From: Podarcis cretensis
Lineage: Eukaryota
Assembly: GCA_951804945.1 (NCBI GenBank)
Contig: OX638156.1
Location: 35,340,001 to 35,404,000, forward strand
DNA length: 64,000 nucleotides
Reading direction: 5' to 3'
Shown here piece by piece: positions 31,001 through 43,117 of the stretch. Each line of letters begins with the position of its first letter. Position 1 is the first letter of the stretch. The position numbers and the translations under genes are program-made. Below the pieces are notes generated by a model. The model had not been told where the DNA came from, did not search any database, and saw only the letters and a list, made by a program, of their open reading frames with translations.

Positions 31001-34000
31001 TGGTAGAACCTTTGTGGGGAGGTGTCTGCCTTCCCCCCATTTTTGAATCTTATTCCTCTGAAGACCAAATATAAAATCTCTTGCAGCCCTTCTGGTTGCA
31101 CATTCTGGGGCAAGAAGCCATGGAGTCGTAAAAAGAAGATTCTCTGGCAGCTCGGAACATTGATTGGTGCCCCAGTGGGTATTTCCCTCATTGCTGGCAT
31201 TGCCATTCCAGCCATGGTCATTGGAATCCCGGTTTATGTTGGGAGAAAGGTAAGAATAATAACTGTATATGCTGAATTAAATCCAACTACAAGGCTGATG
31301 GTTTTTTTGCAGGGGGGAGGGGAGGTACAGAAGTGGTGGTGGTTCCCCTGATAGTTAAGAGGGACCATACAATATATTACACCATACCTTTGAATATCAA
31401 TCATTGGTAATGACAATGGAGGAGGGCTTTTGTACACATAGCTGTTTGTGGACTTCCCATTGGCATCTGGTTGGCTACTGAGAAACAAGATGCTGGACTA
31501 GAAGGGCCTATAGTTAGATCCAGGAGGCTACTCTTAGGTTGGAGGTGGAGAGATCTCAGTGATAATTGAAGTTTGCATTGTGGGACCTGGGGTGGGTAAT
31601 CTTTCCTTAGAACACGTGTGTGGCCAGCCCAACTGCATATTGCCTGCGGCTTTGCATGCCTAGTAAGTTTCATTGAAGTTGTTGCTGATTTTGTGGCATT
31701 GATTCTTGTTGATGGTCCCTGCTCTGATTTCTGCCAGCCTGTCCAGTTATGGACAGAGTGAGACTTCCACCTCTAGAGAGTCCTTCAGCCTCTCTTCTTT
31801 TTTTCTGGAGAATCCATCTCTGCTATAAACTATTAAGAGCTGCAATAGGTAACATCTTCCTAGAATGCCATTCTTCTTTGTGTTGCAAGGCCTGTTTTTA
31901 TCCTTGATTCTTCTTATATCAGATTCATAGCAGGTATGAGGGGAAAAAAACCTCTAAGCACAAGAGGAACCTGGCCATCACTGGTGGAGTAACCTTATCT
32001 GTGATTGCATCGCCTGTCATTGCTGCTGTCAGTGTAGGTAAGTAGATGAGTTCTGTGTTAGAAAGCACAGTCTGACAGTGGCGTTAAGAATTTCCAAACC
32101 CCAACACTCCTTAGATGGGTTATAATTTAATTACATGGAACACATATATTTCAGTTCAGGATGCAATGCAGTGCCTTTGCAGAGCATCTGCAGAACTTGG
32201 GATGGGTGGTGGTGGTCAATGTTCATGCTTTGCAGAGTGGTGGTGAATTCCTTTCTGCTCAATAATCTTCTGGCATTGTGGAAGTGGTACAGCCAAGGAC
32301 TTCCTTTGAGAGAGCTCAGGAAAACAAAACTATCTTTCTCCTCCCTGTCCCTATATAGTTATGGAGTTTTCTATCATTTATATTAATGTTGCCATGCACC
32401 ACCTCTGTTTTCTATGGCAGGGGCAGTCAGCATGATGCCCTCCAGCTTTTGTAGTACCACAGCATCTTTTACAATAAGCCACACTGAATGAGGTTGAACG
32501 TTGTCACTCTCTCCTTTGCTTGAAATAATAACTCAATAAAAAGTTGTGTGTCTTTCCTTGAAAATGAGCCTTGGTCAATACCTTCCCTAACATTACTTAA
32601 ATAGGCAACTGTGTCCAAGCAACAGAGCATGCTTTCAAAAAGAAGCAGCTCTGCTTCCTTTATCCATGCCCAGTGGATTTATATGGTTTCTTTTGCTGAT
32701 ACCCTTGATATGGTTTCCATTCATAGATCTAGAGGATGTTTGCTTTTACATTAATATCAACTGCAACTCTATAGATCTCTTGTTGTGATTCGCAATACCT
32801 GCTACTGGTATTATGTGCTATCTCTACAGTGCTAAGAGTCTTTTCACTGTGCCCAGAACAACAAGTACAGATGCTTCCATTTCTAATCTGACATAGGGTG
32901 AGAAGAATATCAGAACTCTTCAGCATACTTTACAGTCCCTTGATCTCACAGTTTAGTAGATACATCCCAACCAAATAACCTCCAAGGAACTAAACTTGAT
33001 ATTTTTGAATGAACAGAACCCTTCCACTTGGAGGTCTTATGCAAAATGGATAGACTTTTGTATATTTACTACTTCTTAAAGTTTAGACCCTGTGTCATAT
33101 TTAATGTTTGATATTTTCCCTCTGGACCCATGTTCCTCCACCTCAGTCCTGCCATAGATCAGCATTTTCTCACTCTTTAACAATTATGTTTTTAAAAGAA
33201 TTTTATTTATCCCTGTTCTCTTGCTAAGCTTTGCCTTTCACGAGGACAAGGTGATTTGTCAACCAGACCTCACCTTTAATTGAAATCTATTTCCCGTTTT
33301 TACCTTAGTCGAGATATAAAGTCATTCATCTCCCTGCCTCCCCCACCCACAATGACAGGAAGTTTGCTTTGCACACACTGGGTGTCAGTTTCATAATTAT
33401 CTTCTATCTTCATAGAATCAAGGATTTTTGCTAGAATAAAATGTTTGTTGTGACTTAGTGCAAAGGCAAACTGGTTTCAAAGCTCTCTTGTTTGGTTGTT
33501 TCAACTTTCATGCTTTGCTAGTTGGTCAAACAGCCTATAATCACAAATCTCAATTGAGAAATGGCTATTTTCTCAGCATATCCTGGGTGTCTCTGTTATA
33601 CTACAAAGCTCCCACTATGCTCACTTAATCCTTGATGTGAAAGTTTGTGCTGGTACTGCAGTTGAAAGAGACATTCTCCTGAGGTTACACAAACTGCAAG
33701 AAAGAAAGGCAAGCTACTTACATGTTACTGCTGTTCTTCTAGTAGCCATCTGTGTAATCTATGCAAACTACTCTTCTCTCCGGTTGATAGTGTTCTTAGT
33801 CTCTGACTAAGCACTTTCATGGTGGTAAGAAGATAACTGAGCGAGATGTCACTCATCCTGTCCTTGAAGAACGTGCAGAGAGGACATGTACCTGTATTTG
33901 TAGGATTCTGGTTTCCTACTAACTTTTATTCTTTTTTTCCAGGTATTGGAGTCCCTATTATGTTGGCATATGTTTATGGAGTCGTGCCAATTTCTTTGTG

Positions 34001-37000
34001 TCGTGGTGGTGGTTGTGGAGTTAGCACAGCCAATGGGAAAGGAGTCAAAATCGAGTTTGATGAAGATGATGGGCCAATTACAGGTAAAGAAGTAACTGTG
34101 GTTTTAATCTTATTGGGGAAAAACAACTAGGACTGTGCTTAACAGTTGTATCCAGGAGCAAGTGGAAGGGTTAGATAATTGATGGGGTGAACTTGTAAGG
34201 TCAGTTTGATTTTCTTTCTCTTTCTTGCTAACATTACAAACACATTACTTTGTACATATTCTTCACTTGCTGCTCCAAACTGATAGGGACGAAAATATTT
34301 AAAACTACTAGATTCATTCAGCTTCATTGTTTTGCTTCCAGGTATGCTAGTTTACATAGAACTTAATTGGCTAATGTAGGATTGCTGCTGTCAAGTCACC
34401 TTTTGTGTTTTGTTCCTTCTTATATTTTTCATGGTCTCTAGTGGCGGATGCTTGGAGGGCTCTGAAGAATCCCAGCATTGGGGAAAGCAGCATTGAAGGC
34501 CTTACCAGTGTGCTGAGCACCAGTGGGAGCCCTACTGATGGGCTCAGTGTCATGCAGGGCAACTACAGTGAGACAGCCAGCTTTGCTGCGCTCTCGGGGG
34601 GCACCCTGAGCGGTGGAGTCCTCTTGGGAGGGAAAGGAAAGTACAGCAGGTAATTAAAAGTTCATTTAGGCTACAGCACCTGTGTGTGATATCATGGGTT
34701 TGAGACTCAGTCATAAGTAAACCTAGTTTGCTTGTATTGCACAACCCCAAGCTAGGTGTTCTCATGCAAGAATGTCCCCTGTTTTTTCTTCATGGTTCTT
34801 TTAGATTAGAAATAAAAATGAATTGGGTTAAGTCTTTTCTGTCCTTTTGTCATGCATTGTCTTGCATGCTTTAACATCCCATAGGCACAATGACAAGAAA
34901 ACTTGCCTCCTGAATCATAAGGTTATAAGGTCTGTTCCTCTGATTCAGTGTCTGAAATAGGCAGCTGTGTAATCAAATCTCTATCCAGCACCAAATATAC
35001 AGCTGAGAATTTGACTGTAGAATGTATGGGAACGTGCTACACAGGAACTGTTAGTCATGACCACAGACATGACCTAATCCTGTTCTAGAGAAAAACAGGC
35101 AAAGCAAAATTCAGCAAAATAAGTTGTTGCTTAAAACTGAATCACTTTATGCTTAATTCTTGTGAATTAAATAACTCCTTTGTGTAGTCAAACATCAAGT
35201 GAGGTGGGAGAGCTACATTAGTATAAAGAACCTAATAAATTCCTATCCCTTGCCCAGGCTGGAAGTGCAGGCTGATGTCCAGAAAGAGATTTTCCCGAAG
35301 GACTCGGTCAGCCTTGGAGCCATCAGTGACAATGCCAGCACGCGAGCTATGGCAGGCTCCATCATTAGTTCTTACAACCCCCAAGACAGGTATGTTAATG
35401 CAGTTAGTTTGTGTTTGTAATGTGGTCAGTGGTCTCTGAAGAAAGCCCGTCATTTTTGTTCTGATCTTGTCAACAGACGTTGGCAGGAGGTCACCATAAC
35501 TTGTTTTCTATGGAAAACTTCATTTAGTGAGAAGAGCCTTTTCTTGTATGGCAGATTTGGATGGAAAGTTGGATGAATGTGGCTTGGTGTGGACTTTGTT
35601 GACTATCATTCTCTGCAGATCATTCAGAAGTATTTAGCTACAGGGGCTGATTAATGTGTAGTGAAAAATTAACTGGAAGCTTAAGACATAAGAATACAAA
35701 TACTGGATACTTCCTTAGAGTAAATTTTCAGATACAATGGACCCTCAGGATATGTACTTAATTCGTTCTGGGGGTCCGTACGTACCCCGAAAAGTCTGCA
35801 ACATGAGGCGCCACTTCTGCACACACACGCGGCACGATAGAGCGCTTCTGTGCATGCGCACACGGCGAAACCTGGAAGTTTACATTTCCAGGTTTGCCAT
35901 GTTCGCAACCCAAACGTTACGTTACCCGAAGGTAATGTAACCTGAGGGTCCACTGTACCTCTCTTGTCACTTTGTTTCAGCTAACATATTTCTATGTGCT
36001 CTCAGTGTACTTCAACTGTTGCCTGCTCTTATAGGCTTGCAGCACCTAGTTGGAAGCAACAACTTTTGCATAAACTTATGTGGAATGTTTTCAGGATTCT
36101 TTAGTTCTGTGTGTGACCTAGAATCAGGGAAGGCTGCTGAAACTCAGGATGACAGTTCAAATCACTTGCAGGAGTTAGCCATCTCATTATTTTGAATTGG
36201 TTGTACTGCTGTTGCAGGCTGCAAGAGTGAGGTTCAGAACAGGGCTAGATGAGCCTTTGGCTTGATCCAGCAGGGTTGCACTTTGTCAGTGTTTAAAAAA
36301 CATCTGTCTGTCTATGTGTCTAAGTGTGTGTTTTTGTGCACACATATGGACCCACATTGGAGCAGTGACTTAATGTTGTTGATGTTAACATTTTGGGTTT
36401 TTTCTAGCCACAGGCTCAGGTAGTGCATACACATCAGGGATACATAGCAATATGTTGTGGGGCCTTGTTCATGTATTATACTGTTTATTTTGTAGTAGGT
36501 TTAAAAAAACTATATTAGAAATGTTAGCTTGCCAGAACTTCAGAATTGCAATAAATAGTTCTGAAATAAAAGTTGTCTCCTAGAACTCACATGGGCTCCT
36601 CCTTCCACAGAGAGTGTAATAATATGGAGATCCAGGTGGACATAGAGACCAAGCCGAGCCATTACCAGCTTGTTAGTGGGAGCAGCACAGAGGATTCTCT
36701 CCATGTTCACACTCAGATGGCAGAGAATGAGGAGGAGGAAGCAGAAGAAGAGCAGGAGCAGATGTGCAACCACCAAAGCTGTGAGCAAAAAGACTGCATT
36801 GCTAGCAAAACCTGGGACATCACTCTAGCACAGCCTGAAAGCATCCGAAGTGACTTGGAGAGCTCAGACAGTCAGTCGGACGATGTGCCTGACATTACCT
36901 CTGATGAATGTGATTCCCCCTATCCCCAGACTGCTGCCTGCCTGCATCCCCCAAACGCCAGAGGTGCTGAGAGCCCAAGTGCCCATATTGGCCAGTGTGC

Positions 37001-37067
37001 CCAAGCAGAAGGGCACAGGCCAGAGGAGAGAGTCTCTACGCTGGAGTGCATTGAGGCCCGAGTATGA
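15117..37067 (+). CDS. RNF19B: E3 ubiquitin ligase RNF19B (RBR type, 796 aa); exons 15117-15940, 28236-28441, 29587-29731, 31087-31249, 31923-32037, 33943-34083, 34442-34649, 35258-35389, 36611-37067
   Basis: [14 protein letters not shown] start; RING1 (CPLC...CPHRSC..C...CPEC), IBR (WCPAPDC...[15 protein letters not shown]), RING2 (KPCPRC...DGSCNHMTC...FCWLC), hydrophobic TM segments, C-terminus EARV; exons sum to 2391 nt in frame, all GT-AG. Confidence 0.96.
15981..16033 (+). repeat. (AAT)n microsatellite
   Basis: Read directly; 40 nt downstream of the RNF19B exon 1 donor. Confidence 0.95.
21034..21282 (-). mobile_element. hAT-type MITE copy A
   Basis: Ends CACGGGTCAGCAAAC ... GTTTGCCTACCCATG; inverted homolog of 21379-21623. 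Confidence 0.8.
21379..21623 (+). mobile_element. hAT-type MITE copy B
   Basis: Ends CATGGGTAGGCAAAC ... GTTTGCTGACCCCTG; same ends as the element at 47956-48329, which has an 8-bp TSD. Confidence 0.8.
25333..26072 (-). mobile_element. 5'-truncated Penelope-like element (Neptune-like) with 15-bp TSD
   Basis: Exact direct repeat ATGACACCAAATCTC at 25318-25332 and 26073-26087; minus strand 26070-25978 encodes [30 protein letters not shown], resembling a PLE GIY-YIG C-terminus; hammerhead-like motif downstream. Confidence 0.8.
25601..25651 (-). ncRNA. Degenerate type-I hammerhead ribozyme motif (PLE-associated)
   Basis: CGGAUGA-agcccaugagagu-GAAA-CAAGG...UUCCGGAA...CCUUG-UC; core U4 replaced by G, helix II imperfect, helix I not evident. 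Confidence 0.55.
28236..28441 (+). CDS. RNF19B: RNF19B exon 2
   Basis: [16 protein letters not shown]...YGQESGP. Confidence 0.96.
29587..29731 (+). CDS. RNF19B: RNF19B exon 3 (NAGNAG acceptor; alternative start 29590)
   Basis: [26 protein letters not shown]...ISDLHYL. Confidence 0.95.
31087..31249 (+). CDS. RNF19B: RNF19B exon 4
   Basis: [17 protein letters not shown]...PVYVGRK. Confidence 0.96.
31923..32037 (+). CDS. RNF19B: RNF19B exon 5
   Basis: [38 protein letters not shown]. Confidence 0.96.
32540..33700 (+). mobile_element. Decayed DIRS-type (tyrosine recombinase) retrotransposon fragment
   Basis: Frame-broken motifs [15 protein letters not shown] (from 33233), LHTLGV (33369), FYLHRIKDF (~33402), KGKLVSK and LDV in the order expected for a DIRS YR domain; boundaries approximate. 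Confidence 0.6.
33943..34083 (+). CDS. RNF19B: RNF19B exon 6
   Basis: [25 protein letters not shown]...DDGPIT. Confidence 0.96.
34442..34649 (+). CDS. RNF19B: RNF19B exon 7
   Basis: [16 protein letters not shown]...GKGKYS. Confidence 0.96.
35258..35389 (+). CDS. RNF19B: RNF19B exon 8
   Basis: [10 protein letters not shown]...SYNPQD. Confidence 0.96.
35735..35955. mobile_element. Tc1/pogo (Tigger-like) MITE
   Basis: TA|CAATGGACCCTCAGG ... CCTGAGGGTCCACTG|TA terminal inverted repeats with TA duplication; CpGs retained. Confidence 0.85.
36611..37067 (+). CDS. RNF19B: RNF19B exon 9 (terminal)
   Basis: [12 protein letters not shown]...ECIEARV*. Confidence 0.95.
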
Positions 37068-37367
37068 GGCCGCTCTCTCCTGAGAAGAAGCACACTGATT
37101 GTTACTGCCTCTACTATGGTGAGGGCCACCCAGGAGTGGGGGTGATTATGTCATTGTTGGCTTTTGTTTCTGATTCCCCAGACTGCTGCCCTAACCTGAC
37201 TCTGGGGAAATGGCATTTCTTACACGATAATAAACCCTTGATCTCTCTCTTTTTTTTAATTTATTGGTTCAAGCGCTTGGTGATGCTCTGTGAGTTGTGT
37301 AAGAGTGTACATAAAAGTGTGCGTGTACATCGTATGTCTGCCAAACATACGCCTAAAGAACGCCTTT

Positions 37368-37373
37368 AATAAA
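37368..37373 (+). terminator. RNF19B poly(A) signal (another AATAAA at 37229-37234)
   Basis: AATAAA about 300 nt after the stop codon. Confidence 0.6.
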
Positions 37374-37943
37374 GATTCCTGTTGCCATTCATAGTGGATC
37401 CTGTCCTCCCTTTTCATAGGACTAGTAAGTTCTTCTGAATTTTCCTTGTTGCGCTCCTGCCTTGGTAAAGCTTGTTCCTTGCCCTAAAACATAAGTGATG
37501 TACCTCTAACTCAGTCTGATTAGTGCTGCTGTGTAGAAGCCTGGGTGTGGCACACATACTTCCAACAAGAGTAAGGTGAAAGTTTGAATTTGCTGCCCTC
37601 CAGAGGCTGCTTGAGTCTCTGCACTTGCAAGTTTGCTTTGCATCATGACAGAGCACTCAGTGATACTGTGGTGTTGAATGCTCTGAGACTATTGAAGTGA
37701 TAAGGACACTTGACAACAATACACTTCATTTAGGAGGCATAGCCTGAAGGAAATGAGTCCAGAGGAAAGCTTGATGCAGCTTGCAACTGGAGTGTGGCAA
37801 GTGACTGGAGGGCTGAAGTGGAACAGATGTATGTCATGTAGCAATAGCCCCACTGGGTACCCCCACATTGTATAACAGGAATGAGTGTAAAAGGCTGCGA
37901 AAGATAGCAGAAGCATAAAGGTGAAGGAGGCTCTTCGGGAAAT

Positions 37944-37944
37944 T

Positions 37945-37975
<31 letters not shown>

Positions 37976-37978
37976 TTT
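37944..37978 (+). repeat. (TTTA)n microsatellite
   Basis: Read directly. Confidence 0.9.
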
Positions 37979-40122
37979 GACTCTTTCACATCCTGTTAGT
38001 CCTTGTATAAGCAGCTTTGCTTTTCTGTGCGCACATGCACATCCACCCACACACCCTTAACCCTTCATGCAGAGGTGTTTAGAGTGAAAGCCTCTCAGAG
38101 GGCAAAGTGGAGATCCAAATTGTAGGAATACTATGTGGTACAATTTCCCTCAAGCCTTTGTGGGTTTGTTTTGCGTATTTGAAAGCTCCCCAGTGTCAAA
38201 CATTTCCTGCATGTAGAAAGTGGAAACTTTCTCCTGATAACACTAGCTTTCATGTTTGGGATGTTATATGTATTAAAAATGTGACAACTACATTCATTCT
38301 GAAGTGGTATAGATCCTGAGGATCCAGTACCATGTACTTGCTCCGACTTAACTGTTCAGCAGTTCACTGTTCAGTAACCAAAACCGAGTTTCCCATTCTC
38401 TTTGCCCGGGCAGTTTCTGGTATCTGCTATACAAAGTGTTGTGTGCACAGGACAAGACACCTGCATCCGGCCTGAAGCCTGCATCCTCCTTGCACTCCAG
38501 TTCAAGGGCTAGTTGTGAATGCTGCCTCCACAATACAAAATTCATGACTGAAGCACTTTACAGCCAAATTTTCCTACACTTCTATTCTTGTAGCCTTATG
38601 CAAGATGCCCAACTGTTAAACTGCTGTTTGAATTTCTAAATATTTCAGCATTTTTCTCCTTAATGAGCTCTGGAGCAGAGCAGTTAAAACAAGTGCAATC
38701 AAGGAGAGGAAATAGCTGTCATTGCTGCTCCATTCTAAAATTAGAAAGAGAAGGAGCAGCAGTACAGAGCAGCACCAGTTTGGTAGTCCTGTGCAGAAAT
38801 GGATGGGGTGCTATCTGAGTTCAACCTAGTAATGAATGACTGTCAGGATACTGGCGATGTGAATAATTCACTGTGTGTGTCCCTGACATACCAGTGATGG
38901 TGGCATGTAGACGATAATACAGAAGTTACAATGAAAGTTCTCAAAAAACCCACACACAGCTGGAATACTGATAGGAGCCCCATGCGTGGTGAGAGAATAA
39001 GGCACAGGATCTGTACTGCTAGACCAGTCCCTATCTATCTCCCACAGTGGTGACCAAATCTTTCTAGGAAGTTCACAAGCAGGGCATGACAGAGAATGAT
39101 TCTGTGTTAATGCATTTTTATCCTGCTCTTCACCCCAAAAAGGCTCCCTGAGCACTTAACAAATGTTAGTCCCTGCCCCCAGGCTTGCAGTCTCAATACA
39201 TGGCTCAAAATGAAAACAGACTGGGAAGGAGGATGGAAAAAAGTAAACTCAGGTGCTATTTATTCCTTAACTGATCAGCTGAAATGAAAATATTTCAAGG
39301 AGAAGAGGAGCCAAAAGTTGCTTGTCTTCCAGTAATGCTGGTTGAGAGGCCCCACAGTCCCATCTCACTTCTACAGCCTGGTGGAATGGTTGCTATAGAT
39401 AACAGCTGAAGGAGGAGCCTGACGGAGCTAATCTTCAAGCAGAGTGTACAGAGGGGCCCTGCAATCCCATCTCTCTCTCCCCCCCCCCCACGTTCCCTGC
39501 TGCTGAATGACTGTATGTGCTGGTAGTGAATAGCCTCTGAACATGGTATTAACATTATAACTATGGATGTGGGAAATTTGGAGACTCCCTGAGTGTAATG
39601 TCAAAATACCCTTGACCTTCAGTAGCTCCCACCAAAAAATCCTATTGAAGCACTCTGATTACCTTGTGTTTAAGAAGGAATCTCCCTCCAGCCCAGACTG
39701 GTTATGATACTGGGATGTACATGTGGTGATGTTGTGATGTTGTGCTTTCATTTTCCTTGCAATGCAGCTTCACTTGCTCTAGTGAGTCCTCTGAAACTAG
39801 GCCTCTGTGAGTACCTGAAATTTCTCTGCTTGTGGTTTGGATTGCCTGGAGATCTGAGGGAGACCTTGGGGAATGGATGACACTTGGAACTAGGCATTTT
39901 GGTCCTTCCCTGCTCTATGAGTCTGTTCTGTCTCTTTCTGTTGTGTGATGTGAAAAATTGGCAACCTCTTGAGGTTTCTGTTACAGCTTAATAGCTGAAG
40001 GCACTTAGTTGGTGGGTGTTGATAGTATAACTGATTATCCCAGAATCTGCAGTGCAAGCCAAACTCTCCTATTGGTGAATGAGACAGAAAAGTTAAAAGC
40101 CATGCAGCAAAGGAAGAAAACA

Positions 40123-40290
40123 AGGGGCGTAGTTCAGTAGCAGAGCACCTGCTTGCATGCAGAAGATCCCAGGTTCAACTCATTGCATTTTCAGGTGGTG
40201 TAGGGAAATGTCCCTTGTTTGAAACCTGGAGAGCCAGTCACTGCTGACAATGCTGAATTAGCTGGGCCTATATTCTGATTCCAGATAAGG
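40123..40290 (+). mobile_element. tRNA-Ala-like-headed SINE
   Basis: ggggcgtagttcagtagcagagcacctgcttgcatgcagaagatcccaggttcaa head; related copies near 2350-2520 (+), 28900-29090 (-) and 57880-57975 (-). Confidence 0.7.
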
Positions 40291-40411
40291 CAGCTTCCTA
40301 TATGTTCCTAAGTGGTTTGCTCTCTCTTCACTCACCTCAGTCTGGAATTGGGTAAAAGAGACATACAGACAGGGCAGATGAGTTCAGGTTCTAACAACAA
40401 CAACAACAACA

Positions 40412-40910
40412 AAATAATTTATTATTTATGCCCCACCTACCTGGCTGGGTTTCCCCAGCCACTCTTGGCTGCTCCAAACACAATATTAAAAACACAACAA
40501 AACATCAAACATTAAAATCTTCCCTAAACAGGGCTGCCTTCAGATGTCTTCTAAAAGTCAGATAGTTGTTTATTTCTTTGACATCTGATGGGAGGGCATT
40601 CCACAGAGCGAGTGTCACTACCAAGAAGGCCCTCTGCCTGGTATATTGGGCCGATGCCATTTAGGGCTTTAAAGGTCAGCACCAACACTTTGAATTGTGC
40701 TCGGAAATGTACTGGGAGCCAATTGGCTGACAAAGAGAAGTCTTCAACCAAGCCTTTGGCTGATAAACATACTATATCTGTTTAATTGTGGGGATTTTTT
40801 GTGGGGGGAGGTATTGGGTTGTTTTTGTTTTTATTATGTATTTTGTGTTTTTATCTTGTATTTTTATGCTGTGAAGTGCCCTGAGATCTCCAGATGGAGG
40901 GTGATATAAA
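40412..40910. mobile_element. L2-type LINE 3' fragments in opposite orientations
   Basis: Minus-strand L2-like ORF2 end (VHFRAQFKVLVLTFKALNG) at ~40412-40730, followed by a plus-strand T-rich LINE-type tail. Confidence 0.6.
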
Positions 40911-42016
40911 ATTAGATAGCTAGCCAGTCAGCCAACCTTAGGAAATTACCAGAGCACACTTGCTGTTGGTGGTATGGCTCACGTTGCCTTAGAAGAGCAC
41001 CAGATGTGTGCCTGCTTGCTCCTCGCCCTTCCTGTATCTCTTGGTAAACATACTAACTTTTAAAAGATATTATTTTCAAATGTTTTACAACAAACAAAGG
41101 GAAATGCACAAGGTGCTACAATAACTCAGTTGCATGAATAAGAATTCTGGAGGTTGGAAGGTGGGCACTATGGTCTGGCTTTCCAGAGTGTGTGAGGAAT
41201 GGGATCAAGTGCCTTCTGTGAGAGCAGTGCTGGCTGCGTAGTCTACTATAAGAACTACAAATTGCTGTGTGTGTATTTTTGTCTGGCAAATGGTGGTGGC
41301 ACTACAGCAAAATGAATCCAAGAAGCCAACGGCCCTAAGAATAGACCTGCAGAAAGATTGTTGTGCACCTGACTCTGCTGCCTTCGAATTTGTGACATCC
41401 GGAATAGCAAGTTTGCGCACCTTGAAATGCAGGGCTGATCAAAAGATATTCAAGTTACTGCTCTGGAATGACACTCCTGATTCTATTTTGGAATGCACAT
41501 GAGCTTTTCAAAGCCACATTTTCTGTCTCAAATGTTTTGCAGATGGGAGGAAGAGAAATAAATACCAAAACTCTTGCAGTGCAAAGCATGCAGAGGGGGC
41601 AGGGTGGGAAGTTTAGATCAGACAAACCACTGGAGTCTGAGCATGTTAAGTCAAGCTGACATACCTGGGGAGCAAGTCAGGAAGGCTGGAGCAAGGAACT
41701 CCAGAGTGGGTGGGGTTTGGGAGGTGACTCACATTTCCTGCGGGAATGAGAAGGTGGAGTTTGGCCCTTTGTTCTAGAGCCTGGAGAGCTGGTCAAACAG
41801 GAAGAGCTGATTTCAAATTGCAGTTGTAGGGCTGGAGGAGGAGGAGGAGGGTTGATGGTGAGAGCCAGGCGGCACCAGAAGAAGCGCGAAATAGGTGGAT
41901 GGTCAAGAAGTGCCAAGGCAGCTGCAACAAGGCCAGCTCCCAGGTGCTCTGCAGAGACAACAAGAACAGAGGACTTTAACTCATGTATTTTGATGGCCTG
42001 ATCCCAAACTGCAAAG

Positions 42017-42029
42017 ATGTGTCGGCTGG
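42017..42029 (+). CDS. TMEM54: TMEM54 first coding exon (MCRL-G)
   Basis: aagATGTGTCGGCTGG|GTGAGT: consensus donor, phase 1 fits exon 2, resembles the mammalian MCLRLG start. Confidence 0.8.
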
Positions 42030-43082
42030 GTGAGTTGGCTCCTCTCCAAAGTCAAAGGCAAGCGGGGCAGGGCAGACCCTTGGCACTTCCCTTCCCTAGA
42101 AAGGTGTCAGTACCTTCAGGCTTCCTTGCAACAGTGCCAAGTGTCCCACGATGCAACCAAACACAGCTTAAGAGGTTTGGCTCAGCATCTTCAGTGGCAG
42201 CCAACCTGGCCACCCTCTGGCTAGTGGATTACAGCTCCTATTAGTGTCAGTCAGCAAGGCTGTGCTGGTCCTGGGACTGATGGGAGTTGCAGCCCAAAAC
42301 ATCTGGAGGGCACAAAGTTGGCAAAGGCTGTTCTGTGGCATCCAAAGGGATCCTGGGCTTCAGTCGTATATGAGGGCAAGGCACACTGTTTGAGAAAGTG
42401 ATTTGCCTAAGACTGGCTAGTAGAATAAAAATGGAACTCCTATTTTCTTCTTCAGCTCTTGGTGGTTTTTGTTCTTTAAAAACAGCTTTAGTTAGAACCA
42501 TCAGCACACATGGGACTTTACAAATTTTCATAATCCCCCCCCTGCCCAAAAGGCAGGCACCTGTGCCTAAGGTGCGTAAGTGAAATGTTGACAAGTGAAG
42601 AAAACAGGGAGGAAGACACTGCGCCCTGGGAAATCACCTGTCTGCAAAGATGATTTCCAGAACAGATTCTTGAGAAGTACCTGCCCCCACCGGTTACCAC
42701 ATTGACCTGCAAGAGCAAAAACGGGAGTCTAAACCACTAGCATGCTGAATGTCCTTTACAATTTTACCTTCTGCTCCCTCCCCCCACCCAAAAACCCTAC
42801 TTGCAGCCTGTAGACTTTGGGATGTTCTAGCAGGAAGATGACCTTGATTGCTGTTTGCTGTTTAACGAGTGGTTAATCTTTAAAGACACAGACTTGTTTT
42901 CCAAAGGAAATGCCACCTTGCTGGGACTTCCTTATGGAGCTTGAGTCAACATGCCTGAATGTTCTCCATAAACCCTTGATCCAATGGTGTGAAGTTTTCC
43001 CTCTGAAAAGGTGTCTGTCACCTCACTTCCTCTCTCTGTCTCTGTCTCTCTGCCTTGATCTGTGGAAGGTGGCTCTGCATCT

Positions 43083-43117
<35 letters not shown>

